A DNA stretch of 64,000 nucleotides, taken from NCBI GenBank assembly GCA_051294905.1, contig CM119371.1, positions 20,090,001 through 20,154,000 of the forward strand, given 5' to 3'. The number at the start of each line of letters is the position of its first letter. Position 1 is the stretch's first letter. Below, piece by piece: positions 38,584 to 50,775 of this stretch. A program made the translations under genes and the position numbers. Under the pieces are notes generated by a model that worked only from the letters and a program-made list of their open reading frames with translations, was not told the origin of the DNA and ran no database searches. The stretch is from Botryllus schlosseri. Taxonomy: Eukaryota.

Positions 38584-38749
38584 AGAACTTTGGTGATTGG
38601 CACAACGCCTTCAATTGCCCATGACTGACCATGAATTTTTCTATCTTATCATAATCATTACGAAGATAGCATATATGATTATGATAAGATAGAAAAATTC
38701 ATGGTCAGTCATGGGCAATTGAAGGCGTTGTGCCAATCACCAAAGTTCT
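38584..38749. repeat. Perfect inverted repeat, 75-bp arms (38584-38658, 38675-38749) with a 16-nt loop
   Basis: Arms are exact reverse complements; absent from the paralog at 54570-54680. Confidence 0.95.
38709..38747 (-). CDS. Secreted cationic Cys-rich peptide C1, exon 3 (NFGDWHNAFNCP*)
   Basis: Acceptor acatttgtcag, phase 0; stop TGA at 38709-38711; same frame and stop in paralog 54638-54676. Confidence 0.7.
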   Translation of the reverse strand, partial: NFGDWHNAFNCP

Positions 38750-39026
38750 GACAAATGTTATATTAAAATCTCGTTGCATCACTGACTTCCGTATTCATTT
38801 CTTCGTTGCTAAAACTTTACTGATTACTAGTTTTATACCCGAATGTCGTCAAGGATACCTGGATAGTATATCCTAGTATGTATTAATTACTTCTGTGTGT
38901 CACTATATTTAGATACTAACAATGTGATGACATTGTATATGAAAACTATTTGAGAAAAAGCTGATCACTAATGCTTGATACCGTCTTATGTGTACTCGGA
39001 GATCAACAAGCACTGTTGTTATTTAC

Positions 39027-39156
39027 CTGACATTGTCTCAAGTGTTTCTTCGTTTTCTTGCACTTCCTGATAGACGGTTTAATCCATCCAGACTTCGAAC
39101 AGAAATGTTCCCGTTTGTTCAGCTTCTTTGACAAACAATATGGTGTACAGAGACCT
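39027..39156 (-). CDS. Secreted cationic Cys-rich peptide C1, exon 2 (R-GLCTPYCLSKKLNKREHFCSKSGWIKPSIRKCKKTKKHLRQCQ)
   Basis: Acceptor gttttcttgcag; donor CAG|gtaaat; 130 nt, phase 2 to 0; identical structure in the paralog. Confidence 0.85.
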
Positions 39157-39536
39157 CTGCAAGAAAACAGCACATGAATTTAGTATGAAGTGTCATCAAA
39201 TCGAAACAATTACCAATGTATTGGAGGCAGGTGTACCAACTGCTGGCGATTCAGTTAATCAGAAACATTTAGAGACTGTCAATTATTTCAAGTTGGCACA
39301 TGTACCTAAAATGTTCCAGCGTACCCACATATACTAAATATCAAGGAAATTAGGAGAATAATTATTTTTTCTTTGGCCATATCTGTTCGGTATTAGCGAC
39401 AAATGCAATCTTACATTCTCGATGATATGTGTTGCCTGTACTTTTCCATTGAATTGTCTATCTAAGTTAGAAAGCATAGAATCCGAGTTGTTAGTCACAG
39501 ATGTTATTTTCTATATGCATCGATATCAATACATAC

Positions 39537-39652
39537 CTTTCCAGTAGTCTGACATTTTTCGATTTGTTCCTAGGCCTGCGGGCCACGGTGCAACGAATTT
39601 CATGACATATCAAGACGCAAGTCAATGCGGCGAGAATGATAGCTATTCTCAT
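39537..39652 (-). CDS. Secreted cationic Cys-rich peptide C1, exon 1 with signal peptide (MRIAIILAALTCVLICHEIRCTVA-RRPRNKSKNVRLLE)
   Basis: aacATG at 39652; upstream acceptor catcgtctacag (39669-39670); donor AG|gtatgt; 116 nt; three exons join to a 94-aa ORF. Confidence 0.85.
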
Positions 39653-40959
39653 GTTGAAATGTTAAGTCCTGTAGACGATGTAAATGCAAATATTGATGTA
39701 TTGTAAATCACGTTTTTATTAGGAATGTGATAAATAGCATCAAGTAGATATTTTACGAGGTGGAGTCGCAAATCTTTAGTTGTTGCTCATTGTGAAGTCA
39801 TTGTTCATTGTTGAGTTACGATTCAAACGTTGATGAAATTAGTTGTTGCGGCAATTTTGCATTACGGCTATATCTCTGTATCCTCGCCAATTTCCAATGT
39901 CGGCTGTGGTAAGTTATTGCATAAATGTCATAAGATTCCGGCTACGAGGCATTTCCTGCATATTTTATGCTTCTGGATTTGAAATCATCTTAATTAAATA
40001 TAGTAGATATAATACATATATCGTGGCTATGGGCTATCCATGGGGGCAATTATTAAACTCATGAAAATGCACAGATCTGGCTACATACATATCAGCAGAA
40101 TAATATGGTTACGGAGGTAAAGATCCGCGTTTAAAAGTTGAAGCCATAATTATTTTACCAGCGCAATGTACCATTGTTTAAGATTCCGAAAACGAAAATT
40201 GTTTTATGTTGTGATAAGAATACCGCACACGATTCATGGTGACGTGATGCTCAGAACAAAGCTTTTCTACGATTTTGCTGATAATTTGGAGATAAATTAC
40301 CTGGAGCGTAGGCTACGCCGCGTGTTATACCAGTTCATATTCGATTGACTGTATTTTAAGGTACCTGCGAGGCAAGCAATACCGGAAATTCTCCTCAGAT
40401 AGCACGAAGTGCAACATTGCTTACAATCACTATGGCACTATCAATGGTGCGTTGGAAATTTGAACGCGACCTTATGATATTATATTGATGATTGTGGCTG
40501 CACTACGTATCCTAGACTCAAGACAAGAGGTCCCAAACACGCGGCCCGCGTCGTCATTTTATATTTTGAAATATTCGACAATATTTAACTGCTACACATA
40601 TATTTCTGTAGCTCTGAGAAGTTAAAATTCGCCTTCTCCAAAACCCTGAGACTGCTCATCAAATTTCACCATCACATCACTTTAAAACGTTACCATGCGG
40701 TGGAATATATGCTTTTACGTCATATCAACCTGTTTATGATGGTGGAACATGACCCGCTGAGGATTCGTGGCAAAAAATTGTGATTGGACTTGGGCGCGAC
40801 TTTTTTGTGGAATTACTCGAATTCGGAGTAAATGGGTGATAAAATAAAAATGAATCGACTTTAGTTGCATCAAACTTTACATTTGAAGAGTAGATTGCGA
40901 CTCAAAACGCCGTGACTAGGTGCGATCACGAACACAACAAACTATCAGACTGCTATGGG

Positions 40960-43379
40960 CATAGGCACCGACTTTTATTTTTGCATGGGGTGGCGGCAAG
41001 CACGTAGCCGGGGGGGGGGGGGGTGTCAAAACCCCCTCCTTTTGAAACGCAAAACCCCGTCCTTTGAAAATCACCATTCTGACGCTAATGTTCAGTTGCA
41101 TTTCAACAAGTCGTATTATCAGTGGTACGCGGGGCCGCGACCAACTAGCGAGATTCGTATGTGCACGCATATTGCATCGCACAATGCAACGCGACGGGAT
41201 CTCCCGCTGGCATGATTGCGGAATTAGGTCATTGATTGCCGCGCACTCGGCATTCGTCGCTGGACTGAGCAGTAACACGGCGCCCGATAATTCTGGAACA
41301 CGAAAGACAGACACAAATTGTGATTGGAAACGTGCACGGCCAATCAGTATTGATCCCTTACCGCCAACACAATTGGTTTTGAGTAGCTCGCATCGCGACA
41401 ATTGGTTGCTGATTACAACATCGATTTTGACTGTATTGCTGCATTTCCCGATCTACGTTCGCAAAGTATAATTGGATTAATATTATGGGCACTGGAATAA
41501 ATTCCAACTAGCAGGCATACGCAATAACACATTGTTCAACTTTGCGCTCCGATAATATTTATCACAAAAATGGTTCACAAAATATTTTTAACGCGGCTTG
41601 CGGCGCTCATCGATGCAAATAATGCACTTCAATTTGCAGAAGGTGGACGTATATTTGGTAGTCAAATCGCGATAGGAGATGGTGTTTCTCAGAGGTCGCT
41701 ATGAAATCTACGTTTCTAACGATGAGGTCGAATCTGTACATCTGATAAGGAACGTAAGTTTGCTGAAATCAGCATCAGCACGCTGTGCGAAATACATAGT
41801 AGTGATCAATTTTATCGGACTGTACAATCGGCCGGCAAGTTGCGCTGATAACGAAATTGCAGACATGCCGCAAACCTGCAATAATTACAATTACAGGGTG
41901 CGCTGGTCATACCTAAATACCCAGATTCGGCAATGGCAACGAGCACAATTTGTTCAGACGCGGGCATACGTTTTAATCAAAACGATACATAAACAGTAAA
42001 CACAAACAATATTACACTCTGAGATTGTTACTGTTTGGCGAAAGGCCTGCATGCGGACGCGCTAAATCAAACCACCGACGATAGTGCACATGAGATGTCG
42101 ATGAGCCATTTCGCATACAAATGATTCTCACTAATTTGCAGTACGCAGCATCGATAATATGAATTAGTGAATTGGCATTTCAAAAAGGACGGTATTTTTA
42201 GTTATAAATGAGAAACTCCCTGGCTACGCACATGGGTTTTTTTATGCCGACAACGTGCTGGTTAATATCAGCCCCGGGCCGTAGGCCCCGATCAGCCAGT
42301 CGAATTTGATCGTAAAATGATGCACTTTTAATTTTCCACGTGTTATTGCAGTAAGAGCAATATGGGCGCATGCCGCGACCTTATCATTAGAAATACATTT
42401 CCCAAAGCTGTGAAATTCGAGCCGCGATATGACTGCGCTCGATATAGTCCGTTCACAAATAAAGTTTATTGGAACATAGAAGGTTTCCGTTGAAACTAAT
42501 CGAATGAATTCAGAATTTGCGTCACCGAGAATCTCGTGTTGCATCAATTTTGACAACGTAATTCAACGCCGTGCACTGCACAATGCGCAGTATTAATAAC
42601 AAATCAAGCACTGACAAGCTGACAAGTGACACCGAGGGAATACGAGGGCATAAAGCAGACAAGAATTGGTAGCCTGGATGATAGCAAACGAGAAAGCGCG
42701 CATCTAATCAATAATTCCCCGACTTGCCTACAGCACAATGGTGTTCCAAGTATGACATCGCGACAATTGTTTGTACATTATAACGACGTTTGAGCTGCAT
42801 TGTTGCGTTTTCCGATAAAAGTTGGCAAAGCCTTGTTAGAGTAATGAATATGCGCACTGTGCGCAGGAATGACATTCAATTCGCAGGCATACACAAGCAC
42901 ACTGTCCTATATTTCGCGCTCCAAGCCTCCGATTGAAGAGACTATCACGGAACTAACTCAAGAATTATTTTGTAAACGAATATGGGCGCAAATACAATTT
43001 AATTAGGAGAAGGAGAACGTGAATTTGCTCGTCTGGTCGAGAGGAGATGGTGTTTCTCAGCGCAAGCGTGTCGAAATCGACGTCGTAAACGAGGTTGCAC
43101 CGATTGTCTGATTATTACCACGGATTACAATTTATCGGTGCGTTTTAAGCACTAGTTCGTCGTCGCCAACGAAGCTGCGTATTCAATTATTCGCACGCGT
43201 ATCGGTGAATGATAAATAGTTGACATTTACGCGCTTTCACGGACTCGCTAATTGACAGCGCTGATGATTTGAAATCGCAGACGGCGGGCGTTTTATCCTA
43301 TTGTATGGGGTGGCCGCCACCCCATAAATGGGTCATGGGGTGGCTGCGCCACCCCGCCACCCGTAACTCGGCGCCTATG
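40960..43379. mobile_element. 2.4-kb non-autonomous TIR element (CATAGGC termini; hAT- or P-like)
   Basis: CATAGGCACCGA / TCGGCGCCTATG; perfect 8-bp TSD GCTATGGG (40952-40959, 43380-43387); probable further nested element 40997-42234 (CGTAGCC/GGCTACG ends). Confidence 0.85.
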
Positions 43380-43922
43380 GCTATGGGGAAAAATATTATA
43401 TCAAAAGGTCGTAGCTTGCGTTGCGTAGCGTATTTAGCTATCTAAGCAGGTCGAAAAGACAATTGCAATCGTTGCTATTCTGCTGCCTCCTTGACTTACA
43501 TCCTATGCCATCTTGGGTTTGTTTATCCAAGTTATTATCGGCAATTAAAGATGGCGAGTGAGGTATTGGTACGCTTCATCGCTGTAACAATAATGGATTC
43601 CTCGGCGATTGGACTGTTTTATTACTATGGTACATTTATCATTATATTGAAGTAATTATTGATCAGTTCCGATAATAGAAGGCAAATCTAACTCCGATGC
43701 ATGCACGTCACGATGCATTTGTACACTAGCAAGGTGTCTACAATTATTTTTTTGTTACAAACTATGCCAAGTACAACATAAATTTATTCAAAATTTTGAA
43801 AATGTGATTTTTTTCGTGTCAGGCGTGAATTCACAATAGTAAATCACATTTCCACGGTGTTTGTGGAATGCCAGTCTGCAAGGTCCCGTCTAATAATGCC
43901 TTCTTGGAAATACATTATATAC

Positions 43923-44301
43923 TCGGGTTACCAAATTTTGAAAATCTGAAAATAGGACACTTTTTCAGAATTTTCAGACTTGCAAAACCGGAGAAGAATT
44001 CTCAGAAAACGGTAAATTTTTCCCACTTTCCCAACTTTCTCGCTCAGCGCCCGAAATATCGACAGGTGGTTGACTAAAAGAAAAGGTCAACTCTCCGCCC
44101 AGCTCCCGAAATACCCGCCAGAGCGTCGTTCGGTGCTGATTTAAGGCATATCAGTCTCATTTTGCTATAAATATGACCTACATTCTCAAAAAATAGGACA
44201 AAATCTCAAAAAGGAGGACAAAAGGGCGTCCTCCGAGGACACTTTCAAATAAGTCAAAAAAGAGGACAAATCCTCCTAAAAAGAGGCGTATGGTAACCCT
44301 A
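43923..44301. mobile_element. TAGGGTT-terminated hAT-type MITE with AGGAC repeats
   Basis: TCGGGTTACCA / TGGTAACCCTA; perfect TSD TTATATAC. Confidence 0.85.
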
Positions 44302-45244
44302 TTATATACCCCTGTTATTGGTGCTGCGGCCCGCGAAGCCATCAAAAACCAGGAAATTGGCCTGCGAGCATATTTGAGCTCGAGACCTCTGCTCAAGGCC
44401 ATGACACAGTTGATGTTACCAGTTAATATTACATCATAGGATGTCTGGTCGACCTAAGCTCAATTGCTAGTCAGATTGGAGCATCGGTTTGTACATGTGT
44501 ATAAATTCTATAGCTCGTCAGTACGGTTTAAAATTCAATCAAATATCAAAGTTTTGCGTTTTGATTTTCAGCGCGACTAAACTTCATTTCACACTCCCGA
44601 ATTCATGTTCAATCGTTACAGATTTCGTACAGATTAGGTACCGAGTCTAAAGCTTATAAGTCGATGGCTATGGATTCGAAACATAAACGTACGGGACTGA
44701 AATACATAACGATGGCGGCATATCGCAGCGAAATTGAAAATAAACCAATTACGTCACTAACAATACGTCATTTGTGGTATTAATTTATCTATCAGGCTAT
44801 ATGAGGTGGAACTGATTCATGCAATTACTGATATACGACATAGTACTCGTCAGTGGTTTGACTCGAGACAGCGATCTGTCGATATATTGCTTCTAGCAAT
44901 GTCGTTAGGTCTGTCTTCTGCCATATTTTTGAAGCATAGGATTTACAATCACTGCATGGTAGGCTATGAGTGAATCATATATCTAAACTAACTGACAGAG
45001 TCGACTGGTTGAGGTGATTGCAATTCTGCAAAAAAAAGTAATTTTTCCGACGACACCACGTCAATTTCTCTTTAATGCGGGTTTGTCTAATTGACATTTG
45101 CAGGAGGGGAAAAAGGGAAATTGCGCACGTACTTCGCCCTGGAATTATTACCGGGAAAGAAACCAGAGCTGAGGCTGTTTCTTGGCGAAAACGAATGTTA
45201 AAAATAGAAAAGCCGATGCAATATTCAAGTCGGTGTGATAGAAT

Positions 45245-45697
45245 TAGTGTTGCATTCAAAACAAAAATCAATTTGAAACAAACATGTATAAATCAAGGCC
45301 CAATTCCAAACATGTTTTTTATTGTTTTATTTTTTCTTATAAGCCATGACGTTCCTAATATTCGATTGTGACGTCAAAATGAATTGACATTTACAATCGA
45401 AAATGTAGGTTAAATATAGCTCCTCTGACGATTGTACTATTAATGTTGAAACGACTATTTTGAGGGTTCCGACCATCCCATATCAATAAACATCGGCTAT
45501 ATCGAGTGGTAATTGTCCGTAGGGTCATACAACATGTTTTTTTGAAAGTATTTACACAATTATGGCAAAATTTTACAACCTGGAAAATAAAAAATAAAAA
45601 TTGAAAAGACCTTTGTTTAAAACACTGTTTAAAACATATTTAATACATGTTTAAAACAAAGTGTTTTAAAACACAGTTTGTTTTAAATGCAATCCTG
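45245..45697. mobile_element. MITE absent from the paralogous block
   Basis: Ends TAGTGTTGCATTCAAAACAAA / TTTGTTTTAAATGCAATCCTG; TSD GATAGAAT vs AATAGGAT; empty site GATAGGAT at ~60650-60657. Confidence 0.75.
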
Positions 45698-46478
45698 AAT
45701 AGGATACGTTCGAACTAGCACTTCGGTGGTAACATTGAGTCATTACTACAGCTCTAAAGTAACACTGATCAGATTAGACATATCATTTGATTATTGAAAT
45801 AAGGCGATCGATCAATTTCTGGGGTGGTGATCTCGACGCCTGCAAAATCACAGATGACGCTACAAATACGAGCAATCTACGAACATTAACTCCGTTACCA
45901 TGATGCGGAGGCTCTTTTACACAGTGATACTGACAATTCCTATTATAATTTTTTTGCAAACTTATTACCTTAAACCGTTTTTTACTTTTCAAAATCTAAA
46001 TTTTACCAACTACTTAGGTTGGCCTGAAAAACTCTTCAAATAGTGGCTAATCCAAGTACCAGATGGCAAAACAGACCTGAGTACTGCTGTATCCAAAATT
46101 CGCTACCCTAAACTACAGCCAAACCCACGGGATCGATAAATGTACGTGACTAATTTGCGAACGCGATAACAGACTGGAGAATATAAACACAGCGTCTTAT
46201 GTAAAAAGAGTTATTGACGCAACCAATCATGTTAGCCTATTCAGTGGCATATCCGTGACTTTAACCGGTAAGATATCTATAGTATTTTAGTATGTCTATA
46301 TTTAACTCGGATCAAGGCTTGCACCTGTATTTATGTATGTATAAGGGGTTTTATGGTGCTCGACTAGTAGGATATTGTGCACCAGGCCTGAGGGAGCTTT
46401 GAATCAGATATGTCTACACAAAACAACATATTCTGCGGCCTTTGTGTGTGTGCAAGTGTGGATTCTATGTCTCTATGG

Positions 46479-48061
46479 CAGGGGCGGGCGGGCAATTTCT
46501 CCGGTCGGCGGGACGGTTATGGGAAAATGAAGCACATTAGATAATGCTATCGGAGGAAAAGTCAATGTCGATCAGTGTAAGAAGCGAAATAATCTTTTGA
46601 CTGACTGAAATGACCAGATTTTCAGTTCTTTTTTTTTTGGTAGCTATTGGATCTTCATTTTCCATATCTTGAGAGATTTGTGTACATCTTTATACAAGGT
46701 GACCAGAAAGCCGGTGTATGATGGTTCTTTCAGTTAAGTCAGTGATATCAGTCCAAATCTCTGTAGTGAACACAAATATGCAATCATTCCATATTCGTCG
46801 ATAGCCTATTCCAACTTGCTGGAATTTCTTTTCTTCTCTACAGCAGCACTCCCCTTCCAAAAGCATTATCTAGGAGGCATGATGGTATAAAATCCTCCAC
46901 AATATGTGATTTGGCTTTCTCAACTTCATTCTAAGTAATTGGACCTTGGCATTACTTTGCTGCTTAGCAGATCTTTTTGCTTCTCACAAAGCATGACATG
47001 CAACATTGCCATTATGATCTCTTTTTGGATGCAATTTATCTATCTTTAATATGGGTGCATGAATGTGATGTGCCACTGAACTTCTCAAGTTCGAATGCGC
47101 CACCACAATGCTGACACAGTGACACAAAACAAAACTCAGAATCCAGATTAGTTACCTTCACAGGAGCGACTGAGCAAGGTAAAATTGTTCAGTATTCCAT
47201 TTTCATTGTTCTTTATATCCTCGAGTTTCGGTTTCTCTCCTGCATAAGGAGCTTTATTTGCTTTCTTCAATAACGCAAGTCATTTTACTGCACAACAAGA
47301 CTAGAATATTGAGGGTAAATGCCTTGTTAGAAGATCACAGTTGTGATGACTGTGCATAAATTCGGTACAATACTGTGGTTCCGTGAATTTCTAAATATGG
47401 CACGTTTATTTTCACACTGGCTTGGCGGTAAGTGACATGTGGTTGGTAGTTAGTAAGTTACAAAAGTCATGCTTATTGTTAAAGATTTTGGTTGCAGCAA
47501 AAAGTACTGGTCCGGCTCTGGCCGTATCAGAAAAAGTACTGATCCGGCTCCGATCCGGCCGAAATTGAAAAAATCCGGCAGGATATCCAATTCGGCTAGG
47601 TCCATGCTCCGCAGTAATCCACATATACAAGGAATAAATCTTATTTAATGTAAGCTTTAAGTTTAAAGCATAGAGACCAAAAACAGTATTTAATGAATTT
47701 ATTAACAGTAGGCCTAGCTGTTGAAGTCTCAGACATGAGTTGTCAACATGTTCTTTGAGCTCTGGCTGCATGTCGTATGTAGAAAACCTTAGTAAAGACT
47801 GCACAGTGAACATGAACATCAGTTATATTGGACCGCAGCCTTGTCTCGTTAATGACCATGGTCGAAAATATATGTATACAATATGTAGACCGGAACAGAG
47901 CAAATAGTTTCATGTCCATCTTTCTCAGGTTGACAAACTTGGATTCATTCTGTGACGCATAAAATTTGTCCATGCTTACGGAATGGAATTTTACTTTCAG
48001 AGTAGAAACTCTCTGCATGCCTGTCAAAATCCTTTCACCAGCCGTATGTTGCCAGTCCCTG
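46479..48061 (-). mobile_element. hAT (Charlie/Buster-like) element with decayed transposase at ~46600-47300
   Basis: CAGGGGCGGGC / GCCAGTCCCTG; TSD CTCTATGG vs CTCCATGG; empty site 63896-63903; minus-strand fragments KAKSHIVEDFIPSCL and SLQ...TDITDL resemble KxxKPHTIGExLIxP and FSLQLDESTDI motifs. Confidence 0.75.
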
Positions 48062-48996
48062 CTCCATGGCGTAACCAATGTGCATTATGCGCACTGTGCA
48101 CTGTCAGACCAGACGCGACTAACTAGGCTACGCAATATCGCAATATCGATAGAGTACAGTAAAATCTAATATAAACATGACGTAAAGGATAAATTGAGAG
48201 TTTTGTTCCTGACGAGCTGTTTTCTATTGACGGTGGTAAAGCACGGTCAAGCGACAAGTTACAACCTATAGCGAGTTGACAGCTTTGACGCGTGGCATTT
48301 TACAAGCTGCCAACGCCTATATGTGAGCTGCGCTTTACATGGAGTCAGGCGTAACGACGCTAATCGTGAGTAAGCCCCAACAAATATTCAGCTCGATATC
48401 GTGTAGTAGCGTTAGCCACCTTCTCAGCCCAACATTTCTGAGAGGCCGAATTCAATAATTATTCAATGTGTTATTGTTTGTGTTGATGTTTCCGCGATTA
48501 ATTCGACTGTAATCTGAGTACGATTATAAGGATAATATTTTTCCATCTATCCATCTGCCAGTTTTATTTTTCTGCGCGTTGATCTTCCGACGCCCGTGAT
48601 CTCAAATTCCAACATCTTTTTGCAAGTATTGATTTTTAGCCCACTCATCTCGGTTGCTGTAAGATATGCTTGGACCATAAGAATGTACAGTAGGGCTGTT
48701 CAAAAATAATTTTTCTCTCTGATTACAACCATTCAGCGATTAAATAGTCAGGTTACCCTAAAAACGCTGCTCACTAAATTTGGTTCAATTCTAACAAGTA
48801 TAAGGAGTCCACAGATCCAATTAAGAATATTAATTTATTAGTAACATTGAAAAAAAATTCAAATATTTCTGTCAACCCCATGAAATTGTTGAGTTGTCTT
48901 CAAAGACAATGCAAAACAAATTTGACTCAATTCCGACTATAGTAAAAGCGGCGTTATTTGAGTTCTTCGTTGATAATTCTCGGATTATGCAACAAT

Positions 48997-49629
48997 CGAT
49001 ATCACCCAAGCGATTGCTTCGGGTTCGTTTTCGGCATGTCAACCATTATAATTTACATCATGTACAAAATAACTCACTTATACCCTTGCCAATGCTAGTT
49101 TCGATCAAGTTTTGGAGATTGCGGTGAACTGTGACGTCATTACGTTTACTCTGCGTTTGGAATCATGACGTCATGTGCTCGATTTTGCAGCGAGCTTTCT
49201 ATCCATTATGACTTTAGCACAGTTGGTAATCGGATATTATTTTAACTAGCTCTTAAATTCTCTCTGTACTCCAGATCACCGTGTGCCGGATGTGCCAATC
49301 TTTCGGAATGGTCTCCCCCAACGTGTACTTGCAGATGACAGGAGCGTGAGAAAAGCGAAGAGTATATGATTGCGGTCGCAAAATGGTGGGTTCATGTTAA
49401 ATATTCAACACATCCCATATTCCAAATTGAATTGATTAGCTATTCTTCGTCTGTATTTTTCAGAGTAAACGGGTTAAAATTTAGTTGCCGTAAGATAGGC
49501 TACTGTAAAACAACTGTTGTTGTTGTGGCGGGGCGTCAAATTTTTGTATGCAGGACAAATACAGTAAAATAAACTAAGCACCGCACCAGGCGCGACTGGT
49601 GAAAGAATAACCAGTATTATTACCGAATA
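48997..49629 (+). repeat. ~630-bp dispersed repeat, copy 2
   Basis: Aligns with 30340-30966. Confidence 0.85.
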
Positions 49630-49809
49630 ACTGCAGAGTGTGGACCAGGGGTCGGCAACCTGCGGTCGTACGGTAGCATGCTGTCGTAGAATGAAATTTG
49701 TGAGGCCCTGGACACGTTATTCAATTAGTATAAGTTGGTGGTTGTCGACAGGAAAATTTATTTCACGAATTGACTCCGGAATTCTGAGAGAAAAAGTATT
49801 CTTTTAGGA

Positions 49810-50102
49810 CAGTGATTCTCAAACGGGGGGCGTGAAAGCGTCTGAAGGGGGCGCGAAACTGCCCTCAACTGTGATTTTCGTGCTCCACGCACTTTGCCTC
49901 CAGTTCGTGCTTATTGCACTGTGTATAGTTAAAATTTCATATTTGAGAATTCTCTAATCAACACTCATAACCTTCCATGCCATCAAATTATCCGTTGAGA
50001 TTGCCAGCATTCTAGTTGCGTTTTATGATATGGAGATAAATGGGGCACAAACATTTTACTATCATAAAGGGGGGCGTGACGAAGCAAGTTTGAGAACCAC
50101 TG
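49810..50102 (-). mobile_element. hAT-type MITE (~290-bp family)
   Basis: CAGTGATTCTCAAAC / GTTTGAGAACCACTG; reverse complement aligns with 14287-14572. Confidence 0.8.
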
Positions 50103-50129
50103 TTCGAGATTCAATTGATCTGTAAATTT

Positions 50130-50767
50130 TCTTCCTGCTTGCTGCGTTTCAATTCGACTTCATTTTTCGAGTTTAATATATAAATAGCTGGTTCGTGGTA
50201 TAGAACTTGAATATAGCTTTCAATACAACATCCATTGTAGCAGAATATTTAATAAACTCCAAAACTTTTCGGGTGCCTCTTTTCAGGAGTTAAAGGCACA
50301 CTAAAGGGATTTAAACAGATTTGAAAGCAGAACCAAAAAGTTGAAGTATGACGCAACCATCAAATCACATACCATGAGATTCGCATTGTAACAATGGCAA
50401 CAATAACAAACTTTGACGTATACGGTACTATAGTAGCAGCATATGCAATTTGTAAATAAACAGTTACAGTACAAACACGAAACAAAATAAACTAATGAGA
50501 AATTTGTAACTTATAGAGGAAATCTTTTTGTCTACATAAAATAGGTTTGGTCAATTGAATAATGGTTGACTCCAACACTTTTAAATGAAACAAAGATCTT
50601 CCTCGTGCAATTACAGTGAACATATTGTCATTATACCGTTGTGCACAGGCGAGCTGTTCACTCAAATGTTGACCAATCGACGACGCATATGCTTGGTAAT
50701 CGTCACAATCCCCAACTCGATCACAATGCAAATTTCTATGCTGATTTTGGGGGGTTCAAAGACCATG
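50130..50767 (-). mobile_element. Penelope-like retroelement 3' fragment (GIY-YIG C-terminus, ORF 50492-50731); related sequence resumes at 52725-52865
   Basis: SSIGQHLSEQLACAQRYNDNMFTVIARGRSLFHLKVLESTIIQLTKPILCRQKDFLYKL fits the PLE endonuclease tail pattern (SxIxxHL...FxI...LxxLExxxI...PxLCxQK); AAGTATGACG motif repeated at ~50345 and ~52845. Confidence 0.8.
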
Positions 50768-50775
50768 AACAGGAT

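Larger units (their letters stand above)
40525..44391. mobile_element. hAT-type element with nested insertions; absent from the paralogous block
   Basis: AGAGGTCCCAAAC ... GAGACCTCTG; TSD CTCAAGAC vs CTCAAGGC; single empty site CTCAAGGC at 58870-58877. Confidence 0.85.
37030..48130 (+). repeat. Segmental duplication unit 1 (paralogous to ~53140-64000)
   Basis: Colinear blocks, e.g. 37030/53145, 37965/53972, 39340/57615, 44392/58870, 46250/63237, 48070/63920; large differences are mostly TE insertions. Confidence 0.9.

Noticed and set aside
40916..41471. Overlapping 161-aa and 135-aa ORFs
   Set aside because: Lie in GC-richer interior of nested non-autonomous elements, one crossing a poly-G run; no transposase or other motif recognised.
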